DNA from: an uncultured Gammaproteobacteria bacterium
Lineage (GTDB): Bacteria; Patescibacteriota; Patescibacteriia; Magasanikbacterales; GWA2-37-8
Reading direction: 5' to 3'
NCBI GenBank assembly: GCA_964641245.1
Contig: CAZXML010000001.1
Span: forward strand, 127,959 to 191,958
DNA length: 64,000 bases
How positions within the stretch are numbered: the first letter of the stretch is position 1; each line of letters opens with the position of its first letter. The notes beneath the pieces were generated by a model. It saw nothing but the letters and a program-made list of their open reading frames with translations. It was not told the DNA's origin and did not search any database. The translations under genes and the position numbers were made by a program. Shown piece after piece: positions 10,489 through 20,218 of the stretch.

Positions 10489-10908
10489 ATGAAAAAGGTG
10501 TTAGCATTTGGAACATTTGACATCCTGCATCCGGGCCATACTTTTATGTTAAAAAAGGCCAAAAAATACGGCGACCACTTAACCGTAATTGTCGCCAGAG
10601 ACGCCACTGTGTGTAAAGTCAAAGGAAAAAAAACGCTGTTTAATGAAAAAACCCGTTTAAAAAATCTTGCCCAGCTAAATATAGCGGACAAGGTACGTCT
10701 CGGCTGTCTGGGAAATAAATACAGGGTCATAACAGACGAGAAGCCGGATGTAATCGCGTTGGGATATGACCAAAAGTTTTTTGTCGACGATCTGGGGAAG
10801 GTTGTTGATAAAAATGTACAAATTGTACGTTTAAAATCATACAAACCACAAATATATAAAAGTTCCAAAATTCGCATGAAGAGGGACAAAAAAATCAGCC
10901 ACGTATGA
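10489..10908 (+). CDS. cytidylyl/adenylyltransferase family protein (archaeal-type FAD synthetase-like)
   Basis: FGTFDILHPGH (HxGH motif), ARD, PDVIALGYDQ, SS near the C-terminus. Confidence 0.8.
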   Translation: MKKVLAFGTFDILHPGHTFMLKKAKKYGDHLTVIVARDATVCKVKGKKTLFNEKTRLKNLAQLNIADKVRLGCLGNKYRVITDEKPDVIALGYDQKFFVDDLGKVVDKNVQIVRLKSYKPQIYKSSKIRMKRDKKISHV

Positions 10909-10970
10909 AAAAAATTCTTATTGCCACAAGCAATAAAAGAAAATAAAAAGATTTCATTAAAATATATTGA
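10905..10970 (+). pseudogene. 5' remnant of an RdgB/Ham1 non-canonical purine NTP pyrophosphatase
   Basis: ATG overlaps the upstream TGA (ATGA). It reads MKKILIATSNKRK*KDFIKIY*, matching the family N-terminus (ATxNxGKxxE) with a nonsense codon at 10944. Confidence 0.6.
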
Positions 10971-11014
10971 TTAAATTTTTGGTTATTTGCTAATTGTTAA
11001 TTGTTTATTTTTAT

Positions 11015-12268
11015 ATGTTAGACATAAAATTTATCCGTGACAACGTAGATTTAGTAAAAGAAAATTGTAAAAATCGTCATGTCAAAATCGATATTGATGT
11101 TTTGCTTAAACTCGATATCGAGAGGCGCGAGTCTATAAAAGAAACAGACGATTTGCGAGCGTTGAGAAAAAGTAAATCCAAAGGTAAGCCAAGCGAGGAG
11201 GATATTCTCATGTTACGAAAAATGGGGGACAATATTTCCGTGCTGGAGAAAAAAACAGAAGATATTGAAAATAAATACAATGAACTTCTGCTGAAGGTTC
11301 CCAATCTAACACATGGGGAAACTCCCGTCGGAGGCGAAGACGATTTCAAAGTCATCTTCAACAGCCCAGCGCCTAAGCCGTTTAAATTTACACCTAAAGA
11401 CCACGAGGAGTTACTGCTCAACCTTGATTTAATAGATTTCGAAAGAGGGGCCAAGGTGGCTGCTTCAAAATTTTATTTTTCAAAAAATAATTTGGTTCGT
11501 TTAAATCAGGCCCTGTTAAATTATGGAATAGATGTGGTAACCAAACACGGATACACTTTGCTCGAAACTCCCGATATGGCCAAGAATGAAATACTGGCGG
11601 GAGTCGGGTTTAATCCGCGGGGCGAAGAAACACAGGTGTATTCCCTTGAGAATAGCGACCTAAGTCTTATTGGAACTGCTGAAATCACCGTGGGCGGATA
11701 TCACGCACAGGAGGTGTTGGATTTGAGCAAGGGACCAAAAAAGTATGTGGCCATATCTCATTGTTTTAGAACCGAAGCCGGAGCATACGGAAAAACCAAC
11801 AAAGGACTTTACCGCGTTCATCAGTTTACTAAATTGGAAATGTTTATTTATTGCAAACCGGAAGACAGCGAAAAGATGCATAAAGAACTGCTCGGTCTGG
11901 AAAAAAAGATTGTGGACGGTTTAAAATTACCATACCGGATAATTGACGTGGCCAGCGGCGATTTAGGCGGACCGGCCTACAGAAAATACGATATTGAAGC
12001 ATGGATGACAATGAAGGGGGAAAACGGCAGTCAGGGCGACTACGGGGAAATAACCAGTACCAGCAACTGCACGGATTATCAGTCACGACGTTTGAATATA
12101 AAATACCATAAAGAAGACGGAGCCACGGAATTTGTTCACACTCTGAACGGAACCGCTGTTGTTTTAAGCAGGTTTCCGCTGGCAGTGGTGGAAAACTTCC
12201 AACAAAAAGACGGTAGTGTTTTAGTGCCAAAAGTTCTACATAAATACACCGGATTTAAAAAGCTGTAG
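11015..12268 (+). CDS. serS: serine--tRNA ligase
   Basis: MLDIKFIR, LIGTAE, CFRTEAG, GLYRVHQFTKLE, SNCTDYQSRR, HTLNGT. ATG 11015 preferred. Confidence 0.97.
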   Translation: MLDIKFIRDNVDLVKENCKNRHVKIDIDVLLKLDIERRESIKETDDLRALRKSKSKGKPSEEDILMLRKMGDNISVLEKKTEDIENKYNELLLKVPNLTHGETPVGGEDDFKVIFNSPAPKPFKFTPKDHEELLLNLDLIDFERGAKVAASKFYFSKNNLVRLNQALLNYGIDVVTKHGYTLLETPDMAKNEILAGVGFNPRGEETQVYSLENSDLSLIGTAEITVGGYHAQEVLDLSKGPKKYVAISHCFRTEAGAYGKTNKGLYRVHQFTKLEMFIYCKPEDSEKMHKELLGLEKKIVDGLKLPYRIIDVASGDLGGPAYRKYDIEAWMTMKGENGSQGDYGEITSTSNCTDYQSRRLNIKYHKEDGATEFVHTLNGTAVVLSRFPLAVVENFQQKDGSVLVPKVLHKYTGFKKL

Positions 12269-12286
12269 TAAAAATTAGAAATTTGT

Positions 12287-13405
12287 ATGCTCACTTGGCT
12301 CGAAATTAATTCTCGGGCTATTAAACATAATTTGCGTCAGTTTAAAAAAATGGTTGGCCGCAAAGTTATGCTTATGCCGGTAATAAAAGCTAATGCCTAT
12401 GGCCACGGCTTTTTAACGGTGGCAAAAATTTGCCAAAGTAGCTCTGAAACGGACAGAATTTGCGTAGTGAACCTAGATGAGGCTCTGGAACTGATAAAAA
12501 ATAAATTGATAAAAAAACCGATAATGATTTTAAGTTTTTTTGATAGAGATGAAAAAAAACTTTCGTTGGCCGTTAAAAATAATGTAATTTTTCCGTTGTA
12601 CACCATTGAGAATGCGCTCTTACTGAATAAAGTAGGGGAGAGGTTAAATAAAAAAATCAAAGCGCACCTTAAAATTGATACGGGCGCATCCAGACTGGGA
12701 ATTCTGCCGGCCGATGCTTTGAGTTTCGTAAATCAACTGAAGAAGCTAAAGAAACTGGATCTGGAAGGCATATGGAGTCATTTTGCATCCAGTGAAGATG
12801 ATTTTGCCTACACCAAAAACCAACACGAGATTTTTAAATCGGTTTGTGATACTTTGGAAAAAAATAATATCAATATACCAATTAGGCACATTGCCTGTTC
12901 CGCCGCCAGTATTACCTACGATTTTACCCGCGAAAATGCTTTGCGTTTAGGATTAGGCCTCTATGGCTTATACCCGTCAAATAATCAAAAGCAGGCTATA
13001 AACCTAAAACCGGCGTTGTCCTGGTACACAACTATAATTCAGGTTAAAACGCTTCCCGCAGGCGCTAAAATCGGTTATGGAGGTACTTATACGTCCAATC
13101 GGCCTATAAAAATAGCTATTTTACCTGTGGGATATTGGGACGGTTATGACCGCAGGCTTTCAAACCGCGGTTATGTGCTTATCAAAGATGAGCGTTGTCC
13201 GGTACTAGGTCGCATTTGCATGAATATTTGCATGGTTGATGTAACCGGTCTGGCGGTGAAAGCCGGGGATAAAGTAATTTTAATCGGCAAGGATAAAACA
13301 AAAAGTATTTCCGTGGATGATCTGGCAAAATGGTGCGAAACCATTAACTATGAAATAGCCGACCGGATAAATCCCTTTCTGCCAAGAATAGAAAAAACAT
13401 CCTAG
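12287..13405 (+). CDS. alr: alanine racemase
   Basis: VIKANAYGHG, HLKIDTG, SHFA, IGYG, GYWDG, GRICM, TINYE. Confidence 0.95.
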   Translation: MLTWLEINSRAIKHNLRQFKKMVGRKVMLMPVIKANAYGHGFLTVAKICQSSSETDRICVVNLDEALELIKNKLIKKPIMILSFFDRDEKKLSLAVKNNVIFPLYTIENALLLNKVGERLNKKIKAHLKIDTGASRLGILPADALSFVNQLKKLKKLDLEGIWSHFASSEDDFAYTKNQHEIFKSVCDTLEKNNINIPIRHIACSAASITYDFTRENALRLGLGLYGLYPSNNQKQAINLKPALSWYTTIIQVKTLPAGAKIGYGGTYTSNRPIKIAILPVGYWDGYDRRLSNRGYVLIKDERCPVLGRICMNICMVDVTGLAVKAGDKVILIGKDKTKSISVDDLAKWCETINYEIADRINPFLPRIEKTS

Positions 13406-13406
13406 T

Positions 13407-14414
13407 ATGAAGCACTTCCGTTCCGAATACGCATTTCAAAAATACAAACCCCATGTAACCTGGCGCAAAAGAATTTTGCAATTTTTTCGTAAAAAAAAAT
13501 ACACTATTTCATCCACCCAAGACACGTTTAACTATAAAACCAATCCGTATAAGGCCCACAAAAAACCAAGTAAAATCAAGGTGAAACTGATTCTGTTTAT
13601 TTTGTTTCTGCTGGCATGGACAGTGTGCCTGGCATATATACCGTACTTTAGAGTAAACAAAGTTAATTATACGGGTCTAAACAATACCACCAAAAACGAA
13701 CTGGATGAATTTATATTTCAGAATTATTTAAACAAAAAAAGTATTCTGCCTCTCAACGGCTACTTCTTTATCAATGCCGGCAAGATTTCCGGAGAACTTT
13801 ACGAAAAATTTGCCTTTGAAACCGTGGAGGTAACAAAAGTTTTCCCAAACAGTTTGGATGTAAATATAAAAGAAAAAATTTCTTCGGTTATTTATGATAA
13901 CGGAAAAAAATATTTCTTGCTGGACAGCGGGGGAACGGCTATTAAATATTTAACAGATGTTACCGTGGACGAAATAATACAAAAAATTGCCAGTAGCGCC
14001 GCGGACATGCTTAGCTCCAATACAACATCTACACCAATAACCGCATCCACAACCGAACACCTGCCTGATTATAAGAAAATAAATCAGCTATTCGGCAATT
14101 ACCCTATAATTTATGACCGGCGCGGTTTTGATGTGGAAGTTAAACAAGTTGCTGTTTTACCGCCCGAACATATCGCCGCCATTATTGCCTGGTATAAAAC
14201 CCTTACAGAACAGGGGATTGCCCGCCTAAAATTCTTCACTTTGGACAATCTTAACTCCGGTATAGCCATTGACACTGCTGATTCGTGGGATATTCTATTT
14301 CAGCCCAAGAATAATAATGACGCGCAAATTACAACCTTAAAAAAAATCCTGCCAACTACTAAACCGCAGCAATATGTTGATTTGCGTTTCAGTGAAAAAG
14401 TGTACTGGAAATGA
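13407..14414 (+). CDS. FtsQ/DivIB-like protein (TM + POTRA domain)
   Basis: Single TM, YFRVNKVNYTG...VTKVFPNSLDVNIKE POTRA pattern, C-terminal YVDLRF. Confidence 0.75.
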   Translation: MKHFRSEYAFQKYKPHVTWRKRILQFFRKKKYTISSTQDTFNYKTNPYKAHKKPSKIKVKLILFILFLLAWTVCLAYIPYFRVNKVNYTGLNNTTKNELDEFIFQNYLNKKSILPLNGYFFINAGKISGELYEKFAFETVEVTKVFPNSLDVNIKEKISSVIYDNGKKYFLLDSGGTAIKYLTDVTVDEIIQKIASSAADMLSSNTTSTPITASTTEHLPDYKKINQLFGNYPIIYDRRGFDVEVKQVAVLPPEHIAAIIAWYKTLTEQGIARLKFFTLDNLNSGIAIDTADSWDILFQPKNNNDAQITTLKKILPTTKPQQYVDLRFSEKVYWK

Positions 14415-14431
14415 AGAGGGAAGAGCGGGAT

Positions 14432-14460
14432 TTGACCAAAGCCGTATTGTTGGGTAATAT
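14432..14460 (+). promoter_or_regulatory. sigma70 promoter of the xer gene
   Basis: TTGACC-17 bp-TAATAT. Confidence 0.7.
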
Positions 14461-14467
14461 ATACTCA

Positions 14468-14495
14468 ACGTCGTATAACATAGATTAAGCGACGT
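14468..14495. other. putative dif (Xer recombination) site
   Basis: ACGTCGTATAA-CATAGA-TTAAGCGACGT: an 11-6-11 inverted repeat (9/11 match) with the TAA-N6-TTA core, 15 nt upstream of the recombinase ATG. Confidence 0.8.
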
Positions 14496-14510
14496 ATATA
14501 CAAGGGGAAT

Positions 14511-15473
14511 ATGAAAAAATCTAATACTCCAATCGCCCAACACATCATCACATTTCTTGAATATTGTGAGATAGAAAAAGGTTTAAGCCCTGTTTCTACC
14601 CGCAATTATGATAACTTTCTGCGAACCTTTACCAACTGGCTTAAAGAGGTTAATTTATTGTCTTTAAAGCCCCACGAGCTCACCGCGGAGCATATTTGGA
14701 GCTACCGCCTATACTTGTCCCGTAAGAAGGATTCCAAGGGTAAATATACCAAAAAAACCACCCAAAACTACTACTTAATAGCCCTTAGGAATCTTTTAAA
14801 CTATTTTGCCGAAAAGGATATCACCTCTTTACCTTCGGAAAAAATTAAATTGCCAAAATTAACCGACAAGGATAAAACCATTAAATTTTTAAAATTTGAA
14901 CAAGTGGAAAAATTAATGGAGATGCCGGACGCTGCCACGCCGGAAGGTTTACGTGATCGCGCAATTTTAGAAGTATTATTCTCTACCGGCGCCCGCGTCT
15001 CGGAACTAACGTCGCTTAATATTAAGCAGTTTAATATAGCAAATTTAATAAAAGGAAAATTTGATGACCAGGAATTAAGCATCTCCGGTAAAGGCGGATC
15101 AACCAGGACTGTTTATTTTTCCAACCGGACGCTAAAAAGCCTGGCCAATTACCTAAAAACCAGAAAAGATATGTACGCTCCCCTGTTCATTAATTATAAG
15201 AAGGATGAATCAGATAATGAGCACCGCCTCACACAAAGATCTGTTGAACGTTTAGTCAGAAAATATACTACAATGGCCGGTTTGCCTGTTGAAGCCACTC
15301 CTCACACTTTACGCCACAGTTTTGCCACCGATTTATTGCAAAAAGGAGCGGATATGCGCTCCGTTCAAGAATTGCTTGGGCACAAAAACATAGTGACCAC
15401 GCAAATTTACACTCACCTTACTAATCCCCGCCTCCGGGATATTCATAAGAAGTTTCACAGCGGGAAGGATTAA
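14511..15473 (+). CDS. Xer-family tyrosine recombinase
   Basis: N-terminal SAM-like domain, TGARVSEL, GKGG, PHTLRHSFAT, QELLGH, TTQIY; all catalytic residues (R, K, HxxR, H, Y) intact. Confidence 0.95.
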   Translation: MKKSNTPIAQHIITFLEYCEIEKGLSPVSTRNYDNFLRTFTNWLKEVNLLSLKPHELTAEHIWSYRLYLSRKKDSKGKYTKKTTQNYYLIALRNLLNYFAEKDITSLPSEKIKLPKLTDKDKTIKFLKFEQVEKLMEMPDAATPEGLRDRAILEVLFSTGARVSELTSLNIKQFNIANLIKGKFDDQELSISGKGGSTRTVYFSNRTLKSLANYLKTRKDMYAPLFINYKKDESDNEHRLTQRSVERLVRKYTTMAGLPVEATPHTLRHSFATDLLQKGADMRSVQELLGHKNIVTTQIYTHLTNPRLRDIHKKFHSGKD

Positions 15474-15478
15474 AACAA

Positions 15479-16336
15479 TCAACAAAAAACTTTTAAAGAA
15501 TCATTGATGTTTCTTTTTTTTGTAGGTAAAAACGCCAGGGCAGAATCTACCGATCCGGAAACCCGGCCTTCATAGACAGGCTCATCAACCTGATAAAAAA
15601 TTCCAACCGGTATCTTCTTCTCTCCCCACTCCAACAGTTTGGTGAAGGCGGATTCTTTATCTTTAGGATTATAACTACCGTCCAATTTATATATATTATC
15701 CTGATAAAACTTGTGCGTGTATTCTTTATTAAAGGTAGTGCAGGGTTGTAATATCTGCACAAGAGAAAAACCCTTATGTTTGCTAGCCTTATGAATTATG
15801 TCGGTCAGCATGGGTAAGTCATTGGATGAAACTCTGGCCAAAAAGGTGGCGCCGGCGGCCAACGCTAACCGCAACGGATGCAGAGGTTCGTCCTGGTTTC
15901 CAAACGGAGTTGATTTTGATTTATAACCAATTGATGAGCGGGGTGATGTTTGCCCGGTTGTAAGCCCATAAACCGCATTATCGTGTAATAAAACAGTGAT
16001 ATCGTCGTTTCTTCTGGCGGCATGAACAAGGTGGTTTCCTCCCTCCGCCAGAGAATCTCCGTCCCCGGTAAATACAAAAACGTTTAACTTGTCGTTAACC
16101 ATTTTAATTCCCGCAGCCACCGGAATAGGGCGACCGTGCAAGCCTTCAAAACTTGTCAGTTTTGTAAAATTATTGATATGGCCATGACAACCGATACCGG
16201 CGACCATTACCGCATTGGTATTGTCCCAGCCGTTTTGCACCGCCACCTGCTTAAAGGCCGCCCAAATACCAAAATTGCCGCAGCCCGGGCACCACGTACA
16301 TAATTTTGGCGTTTTTAAATCTTCATGAGTAGTCAT
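15479..16336 (-). CDS. 2-oxoacid:ferredoxin oxidoreductase beta subunit
   Basis: WCPGCG, GIGC, LHGR, TPP-binding motif GDGD...NAVYGLTTGQ. Confidence 0.95.
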   Translation of the reverse strand: MTTHEDLKTPKLCTWCPGCGNFGIWAAFKQVAVQNGWDNTNAVMVAGIGCHGHINNFTKLTSFEGLHGRPIPVAAGIKMVNDKLNVFVFTGDGDSLAEGGNHLVHAARRNDDITVLLHDNAVYGLTTGQTSPRSSIGYKSKSTPFGNQDEPLHPLRLALAAGATFLARVSSNDLPMLTDIIHKASKHKGFSLVQILQPCTTFNKEYTHKFYQDNIYKLDGSYNPKDKESAFTKLLEWGEKKIPVGIFYQVDEPVYEGRVSGSVDSALAFLPTKKRNINDSLKVFC

Positions 16337-16345
16337 AGAAAAAAA

Positions 16346-18058
16346 TTATTTCTTTAAAACTTTTTTAATTTCTGCGGCAATTTCTTCCGGACAGAACGGC
16401 CGGCCGTCGTATTTTAACAGATTGTTTTTGATGTCTATTCCGGTTTTTTCTTTAATTAGTCCGCCCATTTGCGCGGTATAGTTGCATTCAACATTTAATA
16501 TACGCCGGGCTTTTTGTAACACCTTGGCCGTTTCTTGAGCAGGAAAAGGGCTCATCCATATCAGGTGAAGATAATTCACATTTTTTATTCCCTTCATAGC
16601 CTCTAAAATAGCGCCCTTATTACTTCCCCAGGAAACAATGGTAAGATCGGCATTTTTTGGGCCGAATAGTACCGGCTTGGGCATATCATTTTTGGCGCAT
16701 GTTTCCAGTTTCTGCATGCGTTTATTCATTTGTTCTATTCTATTTTGCGCTCCTTCGTTAGAATAACCATCTTCATTATGCTCATCGGAATTAGCCATAA
16801 CATAATTTCCAAAACCGGCCGGAGAACGCAACGAAATTCCGTCTGTGGATAAAGCAAACCGTTTATAACCTTCGCGCTTTTTCAGAAGCAACTTACCCAA
16901 ATCAATTTTATAATCAGCGTAATCAAACAAGCCGAGGCTCATATGACTCTCGCAAATTTGTTTGTCAACAAGCACTACCACCGGAGTCTGGTACTTATCC
17001 GCCAGATTAAATGCCTGCATAGTTAAATGAAACGCCTCTTCAATATCTCCGGCCGCCAATATTATACGGGGGAAATCACTCTGATGAGCGTGTAAAACCA
17101 TCCGCAAATCCCCTTGTTCCGTCCAAGTAGGCAAACCGGTAGCCGGTCCGCCGCGCATACCCTCTATAATAACAAGCGGTATTTCCGCTATGCCGGCCAA
17201 ACCGTACGCTTCGGCCATTAAACAAAAACCACCCCCGGATGTGGCCACCAAAGCGCGGGCTCCGGCAAAAGAGGCGCCAATGGCCATATTTATCGCGGCA
17301 ATTTCGTCCTCCGGCTGTTTACAGATAAAATCATATTTTTCCTGGAGAGCAGCCAATGTGTGTAATATTCCGCTGGTCGGCGTCATGGGATATATAGAAG
17401 CGAATTTTACTCCGGCTGCCACCGCCCCCATGGATACGGATTCATTACCGTTAATAATCATTTTTTGGTTTGTTTTAGGGGAAAGCGATTTTAGACTACT
17501 GATAATTTTATTGCCGTAATTTTGTTTTGCGTAATCATAAGCGGCCTGACAAACTAAAATATTACTCTCGGTAATTTTTGGATCCTTCGTGGAAAATTCT
17601 TGAGTAATTAGATCCTTGTAAATTTTTAAATCCCCTCCCAGCAAAGCAATAGAAGCTCCCAGCGCAGCGGTGTTTCTTAAGAGCAACGAACCGCCGATTT
17701 CTTTGGCAATCTTATTAATAGGTATTAAAAAAATATTTATTTTTTTCTTCGGTTTTATAAATAATTTATTTTCTTCATCGCATAATAAACTGGCGCCGTC
17801 TCCCAATTCTTCTATGTGCAAATCAATTGTTTCTTTGTTTAAAGCCACTAAAAAATCCGTACTTTTGTATTGCGCTCTTACAGGTTCATCGGCTATTACC
17901 ACCTGCATCAGATTATGGCCGCCCCGGATTATTGACGGATACTCGGAGTAGTCAAACGTAAAATAACCGGAACGCGCGGCTAATTTTGCAAAATTAAGAC
18001 CCGCGGACATTATGCCAAATCCGGCTTCACCTCCGATTTTAAATATGAACGGTTTCAT
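16346..18058 (-). CDS. 2-oxoacid:ferredoxin oxidoreductase alpha subunit (gamma domain fused)
   Basis: IGGEAGFG, IRGGH, YPMTP, EDEIAA, ATSGGG, RGGPATGLPT. Confidence 0.95.
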   Translation of the reverse strand: MKPFIFKIGGEAGFGIMSAGLNFAKLAARSGYFTFDYSEYPSIIRGGHNLMQVVIADEPVRAQYKSTDFLVALNKETIDLHIEELGDGASLLCDEENKLFIKPKKKINIFLIPINKIAKEIGGSLLLRNTAALGASIALLGGDLKIYKDLITQEFSTKDPKITESNILVCQAAYDYAKQNYGNKIISSLKSLSPKTNQKMIINGNESVSMGAVAAGVKFASIYPMTPTSGILHTLAALQEKYDFICKQPEDEIAAINMAIGASFAGARALVATSGGGFCLMAEAYGLAGIAEIPLVIIEGMRGGPATGLPTWTEQGDLRMVLHAHQSDFPRIILAAGDIEEAFHLTMQAFNLADKYQTPVVVLVDKQICESHMSLGLFDYADYKIDLGKLLLKKREGYKRFALSTDGISLRSPAGFGNYVMANSDEHNEDGYSNEGAQNRIEQMNKRMQKLETCAKNDMPKPVLFGPKNADLTIVSWGSNKGAILEAMKGIKNVNYLHLIWMSPFPAQETAKVLQKARRILNVECNYTAQMGGLIKEKTGIDIKNNLLKYDGRPFCPEEIAAEIKKVLKK

Positions 18059-18061
18059 ACA

Positions 18062-20206
18062 TTATGATATATTTTTTAAAATTATTCTTCCGTCTACCGC
18101 CCAGGCGTCTTTTTCCGTCAAAATAATAGGATTAATTTCCAGTTCTGAAAAAGCTTTAATATGTTCCGTCAACGCGCATAATTTAATGATGATCTGAACC
18201 AACTTCCGTATGTTGTATGGTTTTTTACCCCTATAACCGGCTAACAACGGATAGATCTTGGATCCGGAAATTAACTCTTCTACCCCGCTCTCGCTAATAG
18301 GAAGCAGCTTCAGATTATTATCCACTATTAATTCAGTCAACACGCCGCCAGCGCCGAACATTAATACGTTTCCAAAACTGACATCATTTTTTATACCGAC
18401 AATAACTTCCAATCCCCCTGCTATTTGTTGTTGAATCACAATAGTCGCGCGAGAATTTTTAGGTAATTTTAAAATTGCCAGATTGATTTTTTTCCAGGCT
18501 TCCTTTAATTTAAGCGGATTATTTATGTCCTTTATTACACCACCTTTTTCGGTTTTATGCAATACTTCCGAAGAGGATATTTTTAGGACTACGGGCCAGC
18601 CATTTACCCGCGCAAATCTTAAGGCATCAATCAGGTTACTTACCTCTATGGACCCAGGTGTTTTAATTCCACACAAATTTAAGACTTCATTCGCTTCCAA
18701 AATATTCAATGCTTTGCGGTCCTCTTTTTTTGCCGTTGCCACAATTTTATTTATTTTATTTTTTGCAACTGATTTAATTTCCGGAAGGCTTCTAGCTTTA
18801 GTATTTAGGTTTTGGACGTTTACCTGCCACTGCCACATTTTAGCCAGGGAATATATGGCCCGTTCCGGAAAACGATATGAGGGAATTTTGTAGGCATTTA
18901 AAATCTCTTCGCCTTTATCCACCATGTCCCCTCCTATGAATGAACAGACAACCGGTTTACCGTGTTTTTTCGCCAGTTGTCCGATAATTTCGGCGGTAGC
19001 TTCAATTTCAGTCATTACTTGTGGTGTTAAAATAACCAACAACGCATCGACGTCTTTTTCAGATAACACGTCATTTATTGCATCGCCGAAGCGATTAGCC
19101 AGGGAATCTCCCAGCACATCTACCGGGTTTAAAACGCTAGCCTCGGGTGGTAATTTTTCCTTCATTTTATTTTTAGTTTTTTCACTAAAACTTGCCATCT
19201 GCAGACCCTCATTTTCCAATGCATCAGTGCTTATTACCGCCGGCCCGCCCGCATTGGAAACAATCGCCACTTTTGGACCTTTGGGCGCATTAACCCAGGA
19301 AAAAATTTTAGCTAAATCAAACATATCCTCTAAACCATCGCAACGAATTACTCCGGCCTGTTTAAATGCCGCGTCCTGAACAGCATCATCACCGGCCATA
19401 GATCCAGTATGAGATTGTATTGCCTGCCGGGCTTTTTTTGATTTTCCCGGTTTTAAAATAAAAATCGGATCGTTAGCGGAAATCCTTGAAGCCAAATTTA
19501 AAAATTCTTTTCCTTCATCGATTGATTCTAAATACATGCCAACCGGGTGGTATTTTGACAGGCCATCTTCATTAAGATGCTTTGTTTTTTGATCCAGCCA
19601 ATAACGTAAAATATCATTTTCATTTAATATCGCCTTATTCCCCAGAGTAATAAATTCACTAAAACCTACCTGATTATGTTTGGCCCAATCAAAAATTCCG
19701 GACGCCAGCGCGCCGGATTGAGAAATAAAACGCAAGTTGCCTACGGCGCCGCTTGCCTGACTAAAGGTGGCATTAAGACTGCTTAATGTGCTGACAAAAC
19801 CCAAACAATTAGGTCCAAGAATATTTAAATTATATTTTTTTGCCTCCTGGCGTAGATTATTTTCCAGTACTTCTCCTTGAGCGCCAATTTCCTTAAATCC
19901 GGCGCTGAAGATAATTATATTTTTTGTTCCTTTTTTGGCAATTGGTTCTAAAAGTTTCATGGCGACTTCTGCGGGTACGGACAAAATTGCCAAATCGGGA
20001 ATTTCCGGTAAATCTTTGTAATCGGCATAGCAATCCATTCCTTCTATATTGATGGCGTTTGGATTAACCGGAAAAATTCTTCCTCTAAATCCGGAATTAA
20101 CAATGTTTTTTAAAACAATGTGTCCGATTTTTTTCTCATCGCGCGAAGCTCCTAAAACCGCAATGGAGTCCGGGTTAAAAAGCTTATATAAATTTTTTTT
20201 GTCCAT
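18062..20206 (-). CDS. ADP-forming acetate--CoA ligase (fused alpha/beta)
   Basis: SIAVLGAS, GPNCLG, SQSGA, SHTG (phospho-His), NAGG, NPVD; ATP-grasp HKTEKGGV...LEINP. Confidence 0.93.
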   Translation of the reverse strand: MDKKNLYKLFNPDSIAVLGASRDEKKIGHIVLKNIVNSGFRGRIFPVNPNAINIEGMDCYADYKDLPEIPDLAILSVPAEVAMKLLEPIAKKGTKNIIIFSAGFKEIGAQGEVLENNLRQEAKKYNLNILGPNCLGFVSTLSSLNATFSQASGAVGNLRFISQSGALASGIFDWAKHNQVGFSEFITLGNKAILNENDILRYWLDQKTKHLNEDGLSKYHPVGMYLESIDEGKEFLNLASRISANDPIFILKPGKSKKARQAIQSHTGSMAGDDAVQDAAFKQAGVIRCDGLEDMFDLAKIFSWVNAPKGPKVAIVSNAGGPAVISTDALENEGLQMASFSEKTKNKMKEKLPPEASVLNPVDVLGDSLANRFGDAINDVLSEKDVDALLVILTPQVMTEIEATAEIIGQLAKKHGKPVVCSFIGGDMVDKGEEILNAYKIPSYRFPERAIYSLAKMWQWQVNVQNLNTKARSLPEIKSVAKNKINKIVATAKKEDRKALNILEANEVLNLCGIKTPGSIEVSNLIDALRFARVNGWPVVLKISSSEVLHKTEKGGVIKDINNPLKLKEAWKKINLAILKLPKNSRATIVIQQQIAGGLEVIVGIKNDVSFGNVLMFGAGGVLTELIVDNNLKLLPISESGVEELISGSKIYPLLAGYRGKKPYNIRKLVQIIIKLCALTEHIKAFSELEINPIILTEKDAWAVDGRIILKNIS

Positions 20207-20218
20207 ATGAAATAAATA

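Noticed and set aside
14511-15473. Tyrosine recombinase as a prophage or island integrase
   Set aside because: It has Xer-like size and motifs, with no arm-binding domain, no phage genes, no tRNA or att duplication, and housekeeping neighbours.
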